A stretch of 63,327 nucleotides of DNA, the filler included, from Phoronis australis (taxonomy: Eukaryota > Animalia > Phoronida), in assembly GCA_002633005.1 (NCBI GenBank). It is 9 parts of 9 records of this genome, joined end to end, with 100 filler letters (N's around TTAATTAATTAA, not from the genome) between each part and the next. Parts side by side here need not be neighbours in the genome. Positions count along the whole stretch, not along the records: positions 60,497 to 63,327 come from NMRA01003396.1; 8 more parts are not named here. One strand, written 5' to 3'. A program made the translations under genes and the position numbers. Below are positions 62,358 to 63,327 of the stretch, one piece after another (positions within the stretch are counted from its first letter, which is position 1; every line of letters begins with the position of its first letter). The notes beneath the pieces were generated by a model that made no database searches, was not told where the DNA came from, and worked only from the letters and a program-made list of their open reading frames with translations.

Positions 62358-62516
62358 CCGTAATCGTTCGGGTTAACGCCCTGGGCGATTAAATTGGCGA
62401 ATCCAAAAAATCGGGGGAGGGCGGTTAACCGAGCAGTGGGCGGTTAAATCGAAAATCCACTTAAAGTCGGGGATGGGCGGTTAACTGAGCATGGGCGTTA
62501 ACCCGAACGATTACGG
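62358..62516. mobile_element. MITE with CCGTA termini and TA TSD (Tc1/mariner-pogo-like)
   Basis: ta|ccgtaatcgttcgggttaacgccc...gggcgttaacccgaacgattacgg|ta, a perfect 24-bp TIR. Confidence 0.88.
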
Positions 62517-63327
62517 TACCATACTCTATGTATTGCAGTTTAAAGTTTGCGGCTTCAATTTGACCTATGGTAATCAACACTGCGCGGATCTTAGTAAAAT
62601 TAGGGAACACTCTTAATGTTTGAACATAGCTGAAAATTCTGAAAACAACGAAACCTCTGTAATTTTACCACTATGTGTGTCAAACAGGTGATGAGAGCCC
62701 AGTTGAGAGGCTCCCATGTTCTTGTCCAGTTGGTATGTAATCCCATTATCAGTCTACTGATGTCCAGGAAATTCTTAATTAACCTTGTTTGTCCAGGTGA
62801 CAAATTACTTGAACTGTTCTACACATGTTCCCAACTCAAGGGTGACTGTGTGTGGTCAAAACAGGGACCCACTGCGCTCCCAGATAAGGGGCACAATGAT
62901 CTTGGTTTGATCAATTTTACTCCAGCACTTTGAAACAAAGTGCAGAGAAATGGTTTCATTTGCTTGATATTTCAAAATTAACCAAAATAGGCTTGCGAAA
63001 TTAAATTTTAATCTAACTTTTTAACCCTGTAGTCATACCTCAAAAATGAATACAATTAGGAACAAAGAGTTTTAGAACTGCATTCCTCCAAAATTTAGTG
63101 GCCAAAAACCAAAACGAATTAAGCCACACTAATAAAATCTGTGTCAAAATATTTCTCATGGTGATAGGACTCAGTTTACATTACCAACAAGAACATAGAT
63201 TCCATCATCAGCTTAACAAAACCCTAAAACTGCGAATTCGAAACTGGTGCGTGTATGCATCGCCTGAAACTTGAAGTGAAGGGGGGGGGGGATGGGTTGA
63301 ACCGCCTGTTCTTGTAGACATAACTCA

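Overview
AT-rich, intron-containing animal genomic DNA, most likely a bilaterian invertebrate, from a fragmented draft assembly. It has two long N gaps, eight artificial 100-bp N-TTAATTAATTAA-N contig linkers and five single-N joins, so adjacency across these points is not reliable. Most ORFs in the supplied track are spurious. By reading splice sites I reconstructed one complete 4-exon minus-strand gene for a 209-aa single-domain rhodanese with an N-myristoylation-type N-terminus; its exons 2-3 appear twice in a ~1.9-kb tandem duplication that is probably an uncollapsed haplotype. I also found the last three exons of a C19orf44/DUF4614 homolog, the last two exons of tropomodulin, the first exons of VPS52, one internal exon of GBA2, and two phase-compatible exons of an unidentified gene. 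The remainder is a transposon-rich landscape: a cluster of decayed non-LTR elements (two L1/Tx1-like, one HERO-like RLE element, one RTE-X-like) at 10.5-18.1 kb, a tyrosine-recombinase relic, a young long-TIR element with a 9-bp TSD nested in a ~760-bp repeat, a CATG-ended MITE family with 5-bp TSDs, other MITEs, tRNA-derived SINE heads and several minisatellites. There is no CRISPR array or prokaryote-style system. All family assignments come from my recollection of motifs, not from database searches.
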